64,000 nt of DNA, from UHGV virus genome UHGV-2111131; one strand, given 5' to 3'. This document shows, one piece after another, positions 22,770-32,993 of this stretch. Positions within the stretch are counted from its first letter, which is position 1, and every line of letters starts with the position of its first letter. Made by a program: the position numbers and the translations under genes. The DNA comes from a virus. The notes under the pieces were generated by a model. It made no database searches and was not told the origin of the DNA. It worked only from the letters and a program-made list of their open reading frames with translations.

Positions 22770-22912
22770 TGATTTTTAAAGCAGAGAAAGTGAAAATTAA
22801 AACATGCCGCAAGGCGCGGCATGTATCCAATCAATCACAGGAGCTGAAAATATGAACACGGCATTCAAAATCATTATGGCCGCGATCTATTTCTGGCTGT
22901 TCTCTATCACTT

Positions 22913-23674
22913 TTGGCGGCATCGTCGCGCATGGGTAAAGGGGGATGCATGAAAGGCGAAGTGAAAGAGCGCGGCATGATTTTCAACGATGAGATGGTCC
23001 GGGCCATCCTCGAAGGAAGGAAAACGCAGACGCGGCGGATAATGAAAAATCAGCCTGCGGAAGTTGGTCCAGAAGCACCGGTGATGGTTAGAAAAATTGG
23101 TGCAGGTTTTCAGTGGTACGGGGCTGATGGTGTAAGCAGTGTTTTCAATTGCCCCTTTGGTATCGTCAGCGATCGAATTTGGGTTCGTGAAACATGGGCG
23201 ATATTAGGCAATGAAGATGGTTGCAGTGTGGACTGGAACGACAACCTTTGTCGTGGCGATGAGAAGAACGCAGCAAGGATTTATCGGGCCAGTTGTGAGC
23301 AAAAGCCTGGTGATTACGGTTTATGGTCGATACCCGATGATGCCGACTGGAAACCTCACACTGTGAATGAAAAGTTTGATGGTGGGTGGCGTCCATCAAT
23401 TCACATGCCGCGATGGGCATCACGCATCCTGTTGGAAATTACCAACGTGCGCGTTGAGCGGTTGAACGATATCAGCGAATGCGATGCAAGGGATGAGGGC
23501 GTTCCGCCTGCTGGAAGTTTGCTTCCTGATCACCCGGGAACATTCCTTACTCCCAAGGGGGATTTCGCAATGGCCAAGGTTGCGTTCCAGCGCCTGTGGG
23601 AATCCATCTACGGCGAAGAAAGCTGGAGTGCTAATCCCTGGGTTTGGGTAATCGAGTTTGAGCGTATTCAGTAG
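22913..23674 (+). CDS. ASCH/PUA-like domain protein, 253 aa (start uncertain)
   Basis: N-terminal EMVRAILEGRKTQTRR signature. Confidence 0.5.
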   Translation: MAASSRMGKGGCMKGEVKERGMIFNDEMVRAILEGRKTQTRRIMKNQPAEVGPEAPVMVRKIGAGFQWYGADGVSSVFNCPFGIVSDRIWVRETWAILGNEDGCSVDWNDNLCRGDEKNAARIYRASCEQKPGDYGLWSIPDDADWKPHTVNEKFDGGWRPSIHMPRWASRILLEITNVRVERLNDISECDARDEGVPPAGSLLPDHPGTFLTPKGDFAMAKVAFQRLWESIYGEESWSANPWVWVIEFERIQ

Positions 23675-23683
23675 GGCGAGCGT

Positions 23684-23905
23684 ATGCAATCAGTTATTTG
23701 TGAGGAAGTCGGCCTGAATAAAGCATCCCCAGCAGAGTTAAGAGCAAGTCTCGAAATGGCGCATAGCCTTGCTCAAATTGGTGTCAGGTTTGTACCAATT
23801 CCAGTTGAAACAGATGAAGAATTTCACAGGTTAGCGGCATCGGCAGCACAAAAGCTGGAAATCATGGCAGCGAAAGTAGAGAAAGCTGAAGGAGCGACAA
23901 AATGA
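23684..23905 (+). CDS. Hypothetical protein, 73 aa
   Basis: Intact ORF in co-oriented early-gene block. Confidence 0.4.
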   Translation: MQSVICEEVGLNKASPAELRASLEMAHSLAQIGVRFVPIPVETDEEFHRLAASAAQKLEIMAAKVEKAEGATK

Positions 23906-24117
23906 GCAAGCCAACCGACGAAGAAATAGTTCGGGTGTTGGAAGAACACGGGCGCTGTATGACTTACGTCGTGACCAACTGGCTTAGGGATAAATATCGC
24001 ACACTCAAAACGGCATACGTTTTGCGTCGTCTAAAAAAACTGGAGTTCGACGGGAAAGTAAAGCGCGTTAACAGTTCTTATATAAGACAAATTTGCTGGG
24101 AGGCATCCAGTGAGTAA
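23902..24117 (+). CDS. Hypothetical protein, 71 aa
   Basis: Intact ORF; ATGA overlap with the upstream gene. Confidence 0.4.
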   Translation: MSKPTDEEIVRVLEEHGRCMTYVVTNWLRDKYRTLKTAYVLRRLKKLEFDGKVKRVNSSYIRQICWEASSE

Positions 24118-24754
24118 CCGTTTTTACATGATGTGCTTGCGTGAAACTGTGGGTAATAACGCCTCATTCCATTGCCATAACGGCAATGGTTACAGTTCTG
24201 ATATCGATCGCGCTCATGTTTACACGCTGGAAGAAGCCCAAAAAGCCTGGAATTGTGGGCGAGATATCGATCAGCCTGTTTGTGCCGATAGTGTGGATGC
24301 AATGGCTGTGTGGCACGTTGATTGCCAGTACATCCCTACAGAAAGCCTGATTGAGTCAGATTGCACGGCGTATGTGGCCTACAAAAAAGGTAGCTGGAAC
24401 GGCAACGATGTTTACTGGCTTCAACACGGTGGATTGCCAACAGATGACTTCAGTAAAGCGACCATCTTTAGCGTCGCCAACAAAAACGAACCAGGAATAG
24501 TTTGGTTGCCATTTTCCATTGCTGATGCAGCAAAGCGTCGGACGTTCAATATCAATAACTTTAACCGCAGAACAATGGTTCAGGGCGCAGGTTTGGTCAT
24601 GCCTGACTGGTTGAAAGAGCAGAACAGAAGAAAGAAGTCGCGAAGCGGGAAGGTGCGTTGGAATTGTCCGCATTGCGGAAAAATAACCTGGCAGTACAGC
24701 CCATATGATTTTGAAGGCTGTAGTGATTACAACTGTGAAGGATGGCGAGAATGA
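24110..24754 (+). CDS. Hypothetical protein, 214 aa, C-terminal Cys cluster (CPHCG...CSDYNCEG)
   Basis: Intact ORF. Confidence 0.45.
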   Translation: MSNRFYMMCLRETVGNNASFHCHNGNGYSSDIDRAHVYTLEEAQKAWNCGRDIDQPVCADSVDAMAVWHVDCQYIPTESLIESDCTAYVAYKKGSWNGNDVYWLQHGGLPTDDFSKATIFSVANKNEPGIVWLPFSIADAAKRRTFNINNFNRRTMVQGAGLVMPDWLKEQNRRKKSRSGKVRWNCPHCGKITWQYSPYDFEGCSDYNCEGWRE

Positions 24755-25338
24755 CAATTGACTATCAGGCACTGCGAGATGCGGCAGTTGCAGTAGAAAC
24801 AGAACCTATGCATCAAAATTTTGTGGCGTTTCGTATGGCGTTCACGCCATCGGTGGCACTGGCACTACTGGATGAAATTAAGCGGCTGGAAGACACAAAT
24901 ATTGATGCTATGTGCCGTATTGCGGAGTTTGATAGTAATCTCGCGGCTCTGGTGGCAGAGAACGCCGGGCTGAAACACGCAATGGCCGTAACTCTTGAGC
25001 ATGTGTCGGTCACGGATGCAGGGCAGGCCGGAGTTGCTGCAATGATTATCAACGATGCTCTGCACCACAGCGAAACCCCAGCCACCGATGCTTTTCTGGC
25101 TGAAGGGAAGACTGAAGCACGCAAGGAAGGCGCTTATTTTGTGGCGAACAGAATGTTGGCAGCCTGGAAAGCTGGTTTTATTGATGAAACTGCGAAGAAC
25201 GCTGCGGATATTGCCCGGATGATCCTTACCTCTACTGAGTTTATGACTAATGCTCCGGAAAGCCATTTTGATCGCTCATTCTCTGATGGCGTTCTCGAAG
25301 ATATCGCCGAACAGCTTCGTAAAGGAGTCATCCAATGA
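24742..25338 (+). CDS. Hypothetical protein, 198 aa, N-terminal IDYQALR module
   Basis: Shares N-terminal module with the next gene. Confidence 0.45.
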   Translation: MARMTIDYQALRDAAVAVETEPMHQNFVAFRMAFTPSVALALLDEIKRLEDTNIDAMCRIAEFDSNLAALVAENAGLKHAMAVTLEHVSVTDAGQAGVAAMIINDALHHSETPATDAFLAEGKTEARKEGAYFVANRMLAAWKAGFIDETAKNAADIARMILTSTEFMTNAPESHFDRSFSDGVLEDIAEQLRKGVIQ

Positions 25339-25829
25339 GCAAGATTGACTATCAGGCACTGCGTGAGGCGGCAGAGAAAGCAACGTGGGGAGACTGGGAC
25401 TCATATAAACCACACCGTGGCGCACGTGGTTATGAGGTCCGACTAAGTAGTCAGGCCATTGCGCAACACGTTCTGAAAAACAACGCTGAATTTATTGCTG
25501 CCTTTAATCCAAAGATTGCATTGGCACTACTGGATGAACGGGAAAGGAACCAGCAATACATCAAATCCCGCGACCAGGAGAACGAGGATATTGCGCTTAC
25601 GGTTGGGAGGCTGCGCGTTGAGCTTGAAGCAGAAAAACAGCGGGCAAAAGTTCTATTTATGGAAAATGCCCGGCTTAAGTCAGGCATAGCCGGTCTGATA
25701 CACCTCGGTATTCGATATGCAGATGTTGAGGTCATGAAAATTGCTGGAGATGCCCAGCTTTCTACCCCATGCACTGACAGCATCATAAACAGCATTGCAA
25801 CAGGCATTCGCATCAAAGGAGGTGAGTAA
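25335..25829 (+). CDS. Hypothetical protein, 164 aa, paralogous N-terminus
   Basis: MSKIDYQALREAA...IALALLDE parallels the upstream gene. Confidence 0.45.
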   Translation: MSKIDYQALREAAEKATWGDWDSYKPHRGARGYEVRLSSQAIAQHVLKNNAEFIAAFNPKIALALLDERERNQQYIKSRDQENEDIALTVGRLRVELEAEKQRAKVLFMENARLKSGIAGLIHLGIRYADVEVMKIAGDAQLSTPCTDSIINSIATGIRIKGGE

Positions 25830-26191
25830 TGCGTGTGGCATTTTTCGGCTTGTTACCGTACCCGCCTTGTTTTTGGACTTCTGCGCTAATTGCAAAGCCG
25901 CATGTCCTGATGGCTGACAACATCATCCCGGCACCAAAGCGCCGCCATACCGGTATTGCATCGGCACGACGAGCAGCAAAGAAACGCAGGAGAGCAAAAC
26001 GATGAAAAACCGTAAAGCAAAGATTCTGTTAGTTCGCAGAAACGCTCCTGGCGTCTGGCAGTGGGTGAGACTCAGCAACCGACGGGTGGGGTTAATGAAA
26101 CATTACGGGATGATGGATTGTGGTTTTTGCAAAAAGCCCAGCGCGGCGCAAAACCGCTGGAAAAACCACTTGCGTACTAAAGGAGAGTGAT

Positions 26192-26401
26192 ATGGCTATT
26201 GCCGCAAGTTACACCATGCATCTCTATTGTGACTGCCGCCAGTGTACGGAAGGTGTATATCCAGTGCCAGACTTCGGAGAGTATATCGGTACGTCATGGG
26301 CTGGTTGTGCAAAAGAGGCGCGTAAGGATGGCTGGCGAATAAGCAAAGACAAAACACGTGCTTTTGCGCCCGGGCATAAAGTTTTGAGGATTAACAAATG
26401 A
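26192..26401 (+). CDS. Small Cys-rich protein, 69 aa (ATG 26192 with AAGGAGAG RBS)
   Basis: Strong RBS; CDCRQC motif. Confidence 0.45.
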   Translation: MAIAASYTMHLYCDCRQCTEGVYPVPDFGEYIGTSWAGCAKEARKDGWRISKDKTRAFAPGHKVLRINK

Positions 26402-26805
26402 CCACTATAACCAAAGAGCGACTGCTGACAATCAAGCAGTGGCGCGAAACATACGGACCGGGTAGCAACGTTGTACTGCCAGCAGAAGAAGCGGAAGAAC
26501 TGGCACGAATTGCTCTGGCATCGCTGGAAGCAAAACCAATAGGTGCATTCCACATTGCAGAACAGCAAGTTGACGGCACAAGTGACTATCTCAAGGATGG
26601 AGAATGGCCTATTGATAATGGGATTATTGAAGTCTACACCGCCCCGCCAGTACCGGTAGTACCTGCTGCATTACCTGAGAACGACGATGAGGACGGGCAT
26701 GACATTGATTATCTTGAGCCATCTGAAGTTTACGCGCTTGGGCGAACAGCTGGCTGGAACGCCTGCCGCGCCGCCATGCTAAACAAGGAGGAGAACAATG
26801 GATAA
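26398..26805 (+). CDS. Hypothetical protein, 135 aa
   Basis: Intact ORF, ATGA overlap. Confidence 0.45.
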   Translation: MTTITKERLLTIKQWRETYGPGSNVVLPAEEAEELARIALASLEAKPIGAFHIAEQQVDGTSDYLKDGEWPIDNGIIEVYTAPPVPVVPAALPENDDEDGHDIDYLEPSEVYALGRTAGWNACRAAMLNKEENNG

Positions 26806-27487
26806 TCGATATGAAATAGCAGAACAAAATGGCATGAGCCTAGAGTTCGCTGACTGGTTCTTTGATAACAAAAAAGATGGCTGTGGAAACGCTTGGTTCG
26901 TGATGATGGCTGCCATGTGGGAAGGCTGGAAAGGCCGGGCAGAACCGCCAGTTCCTGTAATACAGGCTGATGTCGCGCAGGCAATTGAAAAACTCAAACG
27001 GAAATTAGTGGAATGCAATCGCTATAACTACTGCGCAGATGCAGTTAAGGGCGTTGAGTATGCCTGCCACGCTGCCATGCTTCAGGGTAGCCAACCTGTA
27101 AGCCAAACTTACAAGTTTCCAGTTAATACACCTTGCCAAGATGCGCCAGCCCATATCTGGCTGCAAACAGCTGGAGTATGGCCAGAAGATGGCGAGTTAA
27201 GCGAATTAACGTGGTGCAGCCACAATCAGCACCATGATGACACGCTATATGTTCGAGCTGACTTGGTAAATGGCAATTCTCCGGTAACTCCGGATAGTTG
27301 GATAAGCTGTAGTGAGCGAATGCCCGCTCAAGATGATTGGATTTTAATTTATTCAAAGCACGGTGAGTATATGGCAGGACAGGTGCAAGGGGAATACGTG
27401 GAGTTGAGCGATGGCACTTTATCGTGGTTAGGGAACGCCTTGTTCTGGATGCAGCTACCAGAACCGCCGCAGGAGGTGAATCAATGA
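26798..27487 (+). CDS. Hypothetical protein, 229 aa (DUF551-like C-terminus)
   Basis: C-terminal W-rich segment common in phage accessory proteins. Confidence 0.45.
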   Translation: MDNRYEIAEQNGMSLEFADWFFDNKKDGCGNAWFVMMAAMWEGWKGRAEPPVPVIQADVAQAIEKLKRKLVECNRYNYCADAVKGVEYACHAAMLQGSQPVSQTYKFPVNTPCQDAPAHIWLQTAGVWPEDGELSELTWCSHNQHHDDTLYVRADLVNGNSPVTPDSWISCSERMPAQDDWILIYSKHGEYMAGQVQGEYVELSDGTLSWLGNALFWMQLPEPPQEVNQ

Positions 27488-27551
27488 CTTGGCCTGAAGC
27501 ATTCGCAACGGTAGGAATTGTGATGGCGGCAGCACTGGGTTTGTATTCAAT

Positions 27552-27803
27552 TTGTCGCTGGTGGTAACGATGGGAAAATTAACTTTTGTAGTCGAATTTG
27601 AGGATGGCAAAGAGCCACCTGTTAGCGCCAATCTTGATGTTGCTGGTGGCAGGCTGGCTTCGGTTCTATTTGGTGATTACCGCGACGACTTCTTTAAGCC
27701 TGAAGAAGTTGATGTAGTGCGAGAAGCATTAAATGAGCTAAGTGTTGACAACGATGATGCTCATGCGGAAATCATCCAAAAAATGGAACTGCTAACTCAC
27801 TAA
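27552..27803 (+). CDS. Hypothetical acidic protein, 83 aa
   Basis: Intact ORF. Confidence 0.4.
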   Translation: MSLVVTMGKLTFVVEFEDGKEPPVSANLDVAGGRLASVLFGDYRDDFFKPEEVDVVREALNELSVDNDDAHAEIIQKMELLTH

Positions 27804-27851
27804 ATTAGCAATTATGGTGCTATCACCTACGGCAACGAGAGAAATTTTATA

Positions 27852-27974
27852 ATGTCAAAAGTAAATGTTTTGATTTTTTCAGCAATTGTTGGCTTTGGTT
27901 TTACTGCCGGAGTGCAGATTTATATTACGTGGAAAAAAATCATCAACTACGTATGGAGTTGTTTTATTAAGTGA
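27852..27974 (+). CDS. Small single-TM peptide, 40 aa
   Basis: Hand-translated MSKVNVLIFSAIVGFGFTAGVQIYITWKK...; AT-rich. Confidence 0.35.
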   Translation: MSKVNVLIFSAIVGFGFTAGVQIYITWKKIINYVWSCFIK

Positions 27975-27981
27975 GGTAAGT

Positions 27982-28275
27982 ATGTGGAGAGGTAATAGTC
28001 ATGGCAAAAGCCAGATGATACTTACCGAATATCAGTTTGACCATAAAACCAATAAATCACGTTCAGTATATTTGCTCCGACACAATAGCCGCGTAAGAAA
28101 TACCGTGCTGGAACAAAATCTGACAGTTGAAATGGATAATTACGGGGGATTCAAGCCAACAATATCGCTTGATGATTTTCCTCGTGGCTTAAGCGAAAGA
28201 GAAGCAATGCTGAAATTAGCAGAATGGCTACAAAGATTAAGCATTGCTATTGAAGATAACTGGTCTGAACCTTAA
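27982..28275 (+). CDS. Hypothetical protein, 97 aa (ATG 27982 with GAGGT RBS)
   Basis: AT-rich ORF. Confidence 0.4.
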   Translation: MWRGNSHGKSQMILTEYQFDHKTNKSRSVYLLRHNSRVRNTVLEQNLTVEMDNYGGFKPTISLDDFPRGLSEREAMLKLAEWLQRLSIAIEDNWSEP

Positions 28276-28281
28276 ATTTAT

Positions 28282-28656
28282 ATGATGACACTAAAACATT
28301 TTCTTGACCGCCCATTATGGGCGGCAGCCGCAGGCTATGACTTTAATTATATGGATTGCATGTCTTATACCGCCAATGCATACGACCATTCGTTCAGCCT
28401 GCTGTTTAATTCTTTAAGAATATTGCCGCAAACAGAAGTTGGAGAGCTTCATTTATGGCTATTGGGCTTTATCGCGGCTGGAGTTGGTATTGCTGTATGG
28501 CCTTTTATTTTCTGGCTGGTGGCTGTTGTAGTGTGGTTTAAGTGCAAGACGTACCGGAGAAAGTATTTCTTAGGTGATGGAATGACTGATATTGCCAAAA
28601 TGAACATTGAAAAATGGACTAAGGAATGTGAAAAGAAATGGCGCAAAAAGAAATGA
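28282..28656 (+). CDS. Membrane protein with basic C-terminal tail, 124 aa
   Basis: Two predicted TM segments (LWLLGFIAAGVGIAVWPFIFWLVAVVVWF); KK-rich tail. Confidence 0.45.
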   Translation: MMTLKHFLDRPLWAAAAGYDFNYMDCMSYTANAYDHSFSLLFNSLRILPQTEVGELHLWLLGFIAAGVGIAVWPFIFWLVAVVVWFKCKTYRRKYFLGDGMTDIAKMNIEKWTKECEKKWRKKK

Positions 28657-29576
28657 CCAGAATCACTGAAGAGCGTATATCAGAGATTATTTCCCGTATC
28701 GAAATGTATGGTCACGGTGCTGGATATACGGCAGATGAAGTATTGGCACTTGCCCAAATGGCTTTGGCGGCTTGCAAAGATGATAAAAAAATGAAGCTTA
28801 TCGACTTGTTAGTGAAGGAGCTGCCTAAGTGCGGCGGGTGGCCTGATGGAATGAGTTATTGTTACCTACCCAGTGTCAATTTAATGGCACCATGCGCGAC
28901 TTTTGCTTTTGGCTCAGACCACAAAAAAGACACTTTCTTTGGGCGCAATTTTTGTTGTGAGATTGAGCTTCCAATTGGTGGCCTTGATAGCGATGAATAC
29001 CAGTCAGTTGTCACTCGCGAACAATACGAATCAGCTCTCATAGCGTCGCAGAAAGTCGAGTTCAATGGTGATGAACTTGAAAGTAAGACTTACAGGTTGG
29101 ATTTTGGGCAATGGCTGGAACAGCAACGCGGGAAAATCGATGTGGACTGTGGTTGTGTGTCCACTGAAACATTCATGCACTGGCTGTGGGTAGCTTACGA
29201 GGCTGGCAACTATCCGGATATTCCGGATAGTTCGGTGCCAGCGCCAGGAAAGGGCGTCACCGGTGAACGTATCCGCATTAAGCCGCATGTTTATCGCGAA
29301 CTGGTTAACCGTCTCCACGATACAGCGATCAAGTGTGCTGGCACCCAGCAATTACGAGAAAGAATTAGCCGTGTTTTGGGCGACGTTATTACACCAGATC
29401 ATCATAAACAAGCCGAGAAAAGTGACCTGGAAAGGTGTCACCTTGAGGCGGCATTAAACATTAAGCCGGGGCATACGCTTGGCATTATTGATGCACTATT
29501 GGTTCATAAGATGGCCAGGGCTTTATTGCCGCTGGTGGCTGAAAAGCATGAGGTGGACCATGCCAACGAAAGCTGA
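28638..29576 (+). CDS. Hypothetical protein, 312 aa
   Basis: Intact ORF. Confidence 0.45.
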   Translation: MAQKEMTRITEERISEIISRIEMYGHGAGYTADEVLALAQMALAACKDDKKMKLIDLLVKELPKCGGWPDGMSYCYLPSVNLMAPCATFAFGSDHKKDTFFGRNFCCEIELPIGGLDSDEYQSVVTREQYESALIASQKVEFNGDELESKTYRLDFGQWLEQQRGKIDVDCGCVSTETFMHWLWVAYEAGNYPDIPDSSVPAPGKGVTGERIRIKPHVYRELVNRLHDTAIKCAGTQQLRERISRVLGDVITPDHHKQAEKSDLERCHLEAALNIKPGHTLGIIDALLVHKMARALLPLVAEKHEVDHANES

Positions 29577-29844
29577 ATTACAGGTGCGCGTAGATGAGCT
29601 TGAAAAAGAGAACGCGAGCCTCAAAAAAATGCTGTCGCGGGCGGAAAGGGAATTATCAGGCAAATTATTGCCAGAAGAACTGCCACCAGCAGATATACCT
29701 GATCGAGTGTCCTGGTGGATGAAGTATTTCCGTGCACCGTGGGAGGCGTTTTGGTGCTACGACCAACGCAGATGGTGTGATGAACTTGATAGCAATTTTC
29801 CCTACTTTGCGGAAGGGAACACCTGCCCTCAATGCAGGGGATAG
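29560..29844 (+). CDS. Hypothetical protein, 94 aa, coiled-coil N-terminus and Cys-rich end
   Basis: ATG 29560 with GAGGTGG RBS. Confidence 0.4.
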   Translation: MPTKAELQVRVDELEKENASLKKMLSRAERELSGKLLPEELPPADIPDRVSWWMKYFRAPWEAFWCYDQRRWCDELDSNFPYFAEGNTCPQCRG

Positions 29845-30211
29845 CATTTGACGAAATCGATCACCCTATCCTGAACTTCAGAAAGAAGGTCTTTTTCACG
29901 CGCCAGGACGTCAGGATATTGACGTTCTGGCCTTACCAGATGCCGGAGCTTCCCATTAAGCAGAATGGCCTCAGAAAACACTTTTACGCTGTGCTTTATC
30001 CCCTCTGTTTCACTTTTCAGCGTCAAAATAAAGCGCAATTGCTTATTAGCCTGATTCGGATTCAATACACGAATTTGCAGTTCGTCTATGCTGTTCCGCA
30101 ATGGGATTGATGCCACCACACTGGTGCAGTCTCTGATTGTCTGAATTGAACGGCTAACATTGAGAACGTTATTGTGCATGTGCCTGATCCACTAACTCCT
30201 GGAGGTTTCTT

Positions 30212-30463
30212 GTGTCAGATCGAAATATAGCAGCTAAAAGCCAGGAAGAGCGAGACAAGGTGAACGTAGACCTTGCCGCCAGCGGCGTTGCTTACAAAGA
30301 ACGGCTGAATATACCTGTGATTGCAGAGCAGGTGGCCCGTGAGCAACCGGAAAACCTGCGCGCCTATTTCATGGAACGGCTACGGCACTACCGGCAGTTA
30401 AGCCTCCAGTTGCCAAAAGGGAGCGATCCGGTGTATCAGAACGAGGATGCACCAAAAAAATAA
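30212..30463 (+). CDS. hot: DNA polymerase III theta subunit homologue
   Basis: [33 protein letters not shown] closely resembles E. coli HolE as recalled; GTG start with GGAGG RBS. Confidence 0.8.
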   Translation: MSDRNIAAKSQEERDKVNVDLAASGVAYKERLNIPVIAEQVAREQPENLRAYFMERLRHYRQLSLQLPKGSDPVYQNEDAPKK

Positions 30464-30548
30464 CGGCAAGATGGGGGAGAAATGTGATTAGCCCCCAGCG
30501 TGGCGCGCCTACAAACCCCGCTTTCACAAACTATGCCTTTTCAATGTA

Positions 30549-30568
30549 TACTGTATGAATAAACAGTA
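30549..30568 (+). promoter_or_regulatory. LexA (SOS) box TACTGTATGAATAAACAGTA upstream of humD
   Basis: Perfect CTGT-N8-ACAG palindrome 19 bp upstream of the humD start. Confidence 0.75.
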
Positions 30569-30586
30569 TCATTGAGGTAAAACGCT

Positions 30587-30976
30587 ATGGGCTTCCCTTC
30601 TCCTGCGGCGGATTATGTTGAAAGCCGAATTTCTCTTGATCAGCAGATAATTAGACATCCTTCAGCGACCTACTTCATGCGGGCAGCTGATAGCCATCAC
30701 CGTGAGGGAATATTGCAGGGTGCTTTGCTGGTGGTTGATTCCTCGCTTACTCCGGTTGATGGTTCTCTGCTTGTGTGCGCTATGGAGGGTGAATATCGCA
30801 TAAAGAGATACAGGAAGTATCCGCGCCAGCACCTGGAGGACTTAAGCACCGGGAAGAAAGAGGCGTTACCAGTAGATGACGATGGATACACGGGCAGTAA
30901 TGCTGTTTTTGGTGTGATCACTCATGTCATCAATGATGCCCGAAGTGGGGAATTTGATGATTGTCCGGTTATTTAA
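30587..30976 (+). CDS. humD: UmuD-like S24 peptidase (translesion synthesis accessory)
   Basis: S24 LexA/UmuD-like fold signature; LexA box immediately upstream. Confidence 0.75.
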   Translation: MGFPSPAADYVESRISLDQQIIRHPSATYFMRAADSHHREGILQGALLVVDSSLTPVDGSLLVCAMEGEYRIKRYRKYPRQHLEDLSTGKKEALPVDDDGYTGSNAVFGVITHVINDARSGEFDDCPVI

Positions 30977-31048
30977 GCTGCAAAGTGCTGGTGCTTTATG
31001 CCTGTGAAGTTTATAATTGTGTACACATAACGAGTACACGAGGTGTTT

Positions 31049-31270
31049 ATGCAATCCATTAACTTCCGTACCGCGCGTGGCAACCTTTCTGAAGTGCTCA
31101 ACAATGTTGAAGCCGGGGAAGAGGTTGAAATCACCCGCAGAGGCCGTGAGCCAGCAGTAATTGTCAGCAAGGCTACTTTCGAAGCCTACAAAAAAGCGGC
31201 GCTGGATGCTGAATTTGCATCCCTGTTTGACACCCTGGACTCCACCAACAAGGAACTGGTTAACCGATAA
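31049..31270 (+). CDS. phd: Phd antitoxin (73 aa)
   Basis: Sequence matches the P1 Phd antitoxin as recalled; TAATG coupling to doc. Confidence 0.85.
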   Translation: MQSINFRTARGNLSEVLNNVEAGEEVEITRRGREPAVIVSKATFEAYKKAALDAEFASLFDTLDSTNKELVNR

Positions 31271-31650
31271 TGAGACATATATCACCGGAAGAACTTGTTG
31301 CGCTTCATGATGCGAATATAAGCCGCTACGGCGGCCTGCCTGGCATGTCAGATCCGGGTAGGGCAGAGGCCATTATCGGGAGAGTTCAGGCCAGAGTTGC
31401 CTACGAAGAGATCACCGACCTTTTCGAAGTCTCCGCCACCTACCTGGTGGCTACAGCGAGAGGGCATATATTCAATGATGCCAATAAGCGTACCGCGCTA
31501 AACAGTGCGCTGTTATTTCTACGCCGTAACGGGGTGCAGGTATTTGACTCCCCTGAACTGGTAGACCTTACCGTAGGGGCTGCGACCGGAGAGATATCTG
31601 TATCTACTGTCGCCGCCACGTTACGTAGATTGTATGGTTCTGCGGAGTAG
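31270..31650 (+). CDS. doc: Doc toxin (Fic-family kinase), 126 aa
   Basis: Fic-like motif [11 protein letters not shown]. Confidence 0.85.
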   Translation: MRHISPEELVALHDANISRYGGLPGMSDPGRAEAIIGRVQARVAYEEITDLFEVSATYLVATARGHIFNDANKRTALNSALLFLRRNGVQVFDSPELVDLTVGAATGEISVSTVAATLRRLYGSAE

Positions 31651-31654
31651 ATCA

Positions 31655-31834
31655 ATGGCACGTAAATACAACAAATTGTCCCGTAGAGCGTTAAAGATGC
31701 TTCTTGATGGCGTGAGTCGCCGCGAGGTAAAGCAATACCTGGTTGGTAAGCAAATTGGTGCCAGGACCGCTATTGCTGTGTTATGCCGTCAGGAAATGGT
31801 TGTGCTTAAACAGAGAATGCCGGGCAGCAGATAA
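31655..31834 (+). CDS. pdcA: Small basic protein, 59 aa
   Basis: ORF immediately after doc; name by P1 synteny as recalled. Confidence 0.4.
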   Translation: MARKYNKLSRRALKMLLDGVSRREVKQYLVGKQIGARTAIAVLCRQEMVVLKQRMPGSR

Positions 31835-31861
31835 AGCCCAATCAGTGATGAAAGGTGTGAT

Positions 31862-32905
31862 GTGAAAGCCGTAATTACTCCCTTTGTACAAAAAGAGCTT
31901 GGCGTCGCCACATTCAAAGTGGATCAGGAAGTCAGAAAGCTGGTGGAGGCTGGCCGTAAATTTATTATGGAGCCGGTGCCGCGTGAGTTAATCGAGCACA
32001 TGGACGACGGCCTCGTTGTTTCCGAGCAAACTATGGCAACAAATGAGGCGTTGCAGCCGTTTTTTAACAGCGATGAACTGTTTCGCCGTATTGGTGGAAT
32101 TGACGCGCTGGTGGCGTGGTTGCGTAGGAAAGAGGGTCAATGCCAGGCCGCAGATCGTAGTTGGTGTGACAACCATATTGTCCACGCTGAACGAGACAAT
32201 AGCGCGGTGTTGTTGTGCTGGCATCACGATAACCATTACCGGATGCGTGGTTTTAATGAGCTGAAAGAAACGCTGCATAATAATCGCGTTAACTGGATAC
32301 TGGATGTCGCCCGTCAGGAAATGGGGCTTTCAGATGGCCATGATTTAAGTATTCAGGAACTGTGCTGGTGGGCTTTCATGCGCAACATGATGCACCTGAT
32401 GCCGGAAGAAGTTTGCCGTATATCAATAAATAAGATGAAAGCCGCAACGCAGGATAGCGGACCTCTGAAAGAGGCAGATATTCGCCCGTATGACGATCGC
32501 GCTACAGCATATGTTCAGATGATGGAAGAACGCGCCGCGCCGATGCGTGCAAAAGTATGCTCTGTGGATGTTGACTCCGACCCTGGCATGGCGCATTTCA
32601 AAATACCAAAACTGCAATCGCTAAAATTACCTGAGTACATGGACTTTGTTGCTTCCCGTCCATGCTGTGGGTGTGGAGCGGCGGGAGCTGGCGCTCACAT
32701 TACGCCTTATATCGTTCGTCATAGTCGATTATGCGCGCATGACATTTACGCAATTCCTCTGTGCCAGTCATGCCAGCGTGATATTGAGCGTGACCGCGAT
32801 AATTGGGAGAAGACGCACGGTAGGCTGGCGATGCATCAACGATTGTTCTTTGATTACGCGCTTGGAGTCGGCGCTATCACAAGTCACTCGTCGAGCGTTA
32901 GATAA
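31862..32905 (+). CDS. pdcB: Cys-rich protein, 347 aa
   Basis: Intact ORF; Cys clusters (RPCCGCG...LCQSCQ); name by synteny. Confidence 0.5.
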   Translation: MKAVITPFVQKELGVATFKVDQEVRKLVEAGRKFIMEPVPRELIEHMDDGLVVSEQTMATNEALQPFFNSDELFRRIGGIDALVAWLRRKEGQCQAADRSWCDNHIVHAERDNSAVLLCWHHDNHYRMRGFNELKETLHNNRVNWILDVARQEMGLSDGHDLSIQELCWWAFMRNMMHLMPEEVCRISINKMKAATQDSGPLKEADIRPYDDRATAYVQMMEERAAPMRAKVCSVDVDSDPGMAHFKIPKLQSLKLPEYMDFVASRPCCGCGAAGAGAHITPYIVRHSRLCAHDIYAIPLCQSCQRDIERDRDNWEKTHGRLAMHQRLFFDYALGVGAITSHSSSVR

Positions 32906-32906
32906 A

Positions 32907-32923
32907 ATTGCTCTAATGTATTG
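32907..32923 (+). promoter_or_regulatory. C1 operator-like site ATTGCTCTAATGTATTG
   Basis: Operator core ATTGCTCTAAT upstream of lpa. Confidence 0.5.
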
Positions 32924-32993
32924 CTATTTCTTTAATCGAGGGTATTATATTCCACGTTGATTAGTTGACATGGGCTAATCAGTAGGTGACAGG

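Noticed and set aside
29829-30179. Minus-strand 116-aa ORF considered as a transposase or IS remnant
   Set aside because: No terminal inverted repeats and no recognisable DDE or HTH motifs; I cannot support a mobile-element call from the sequence alone
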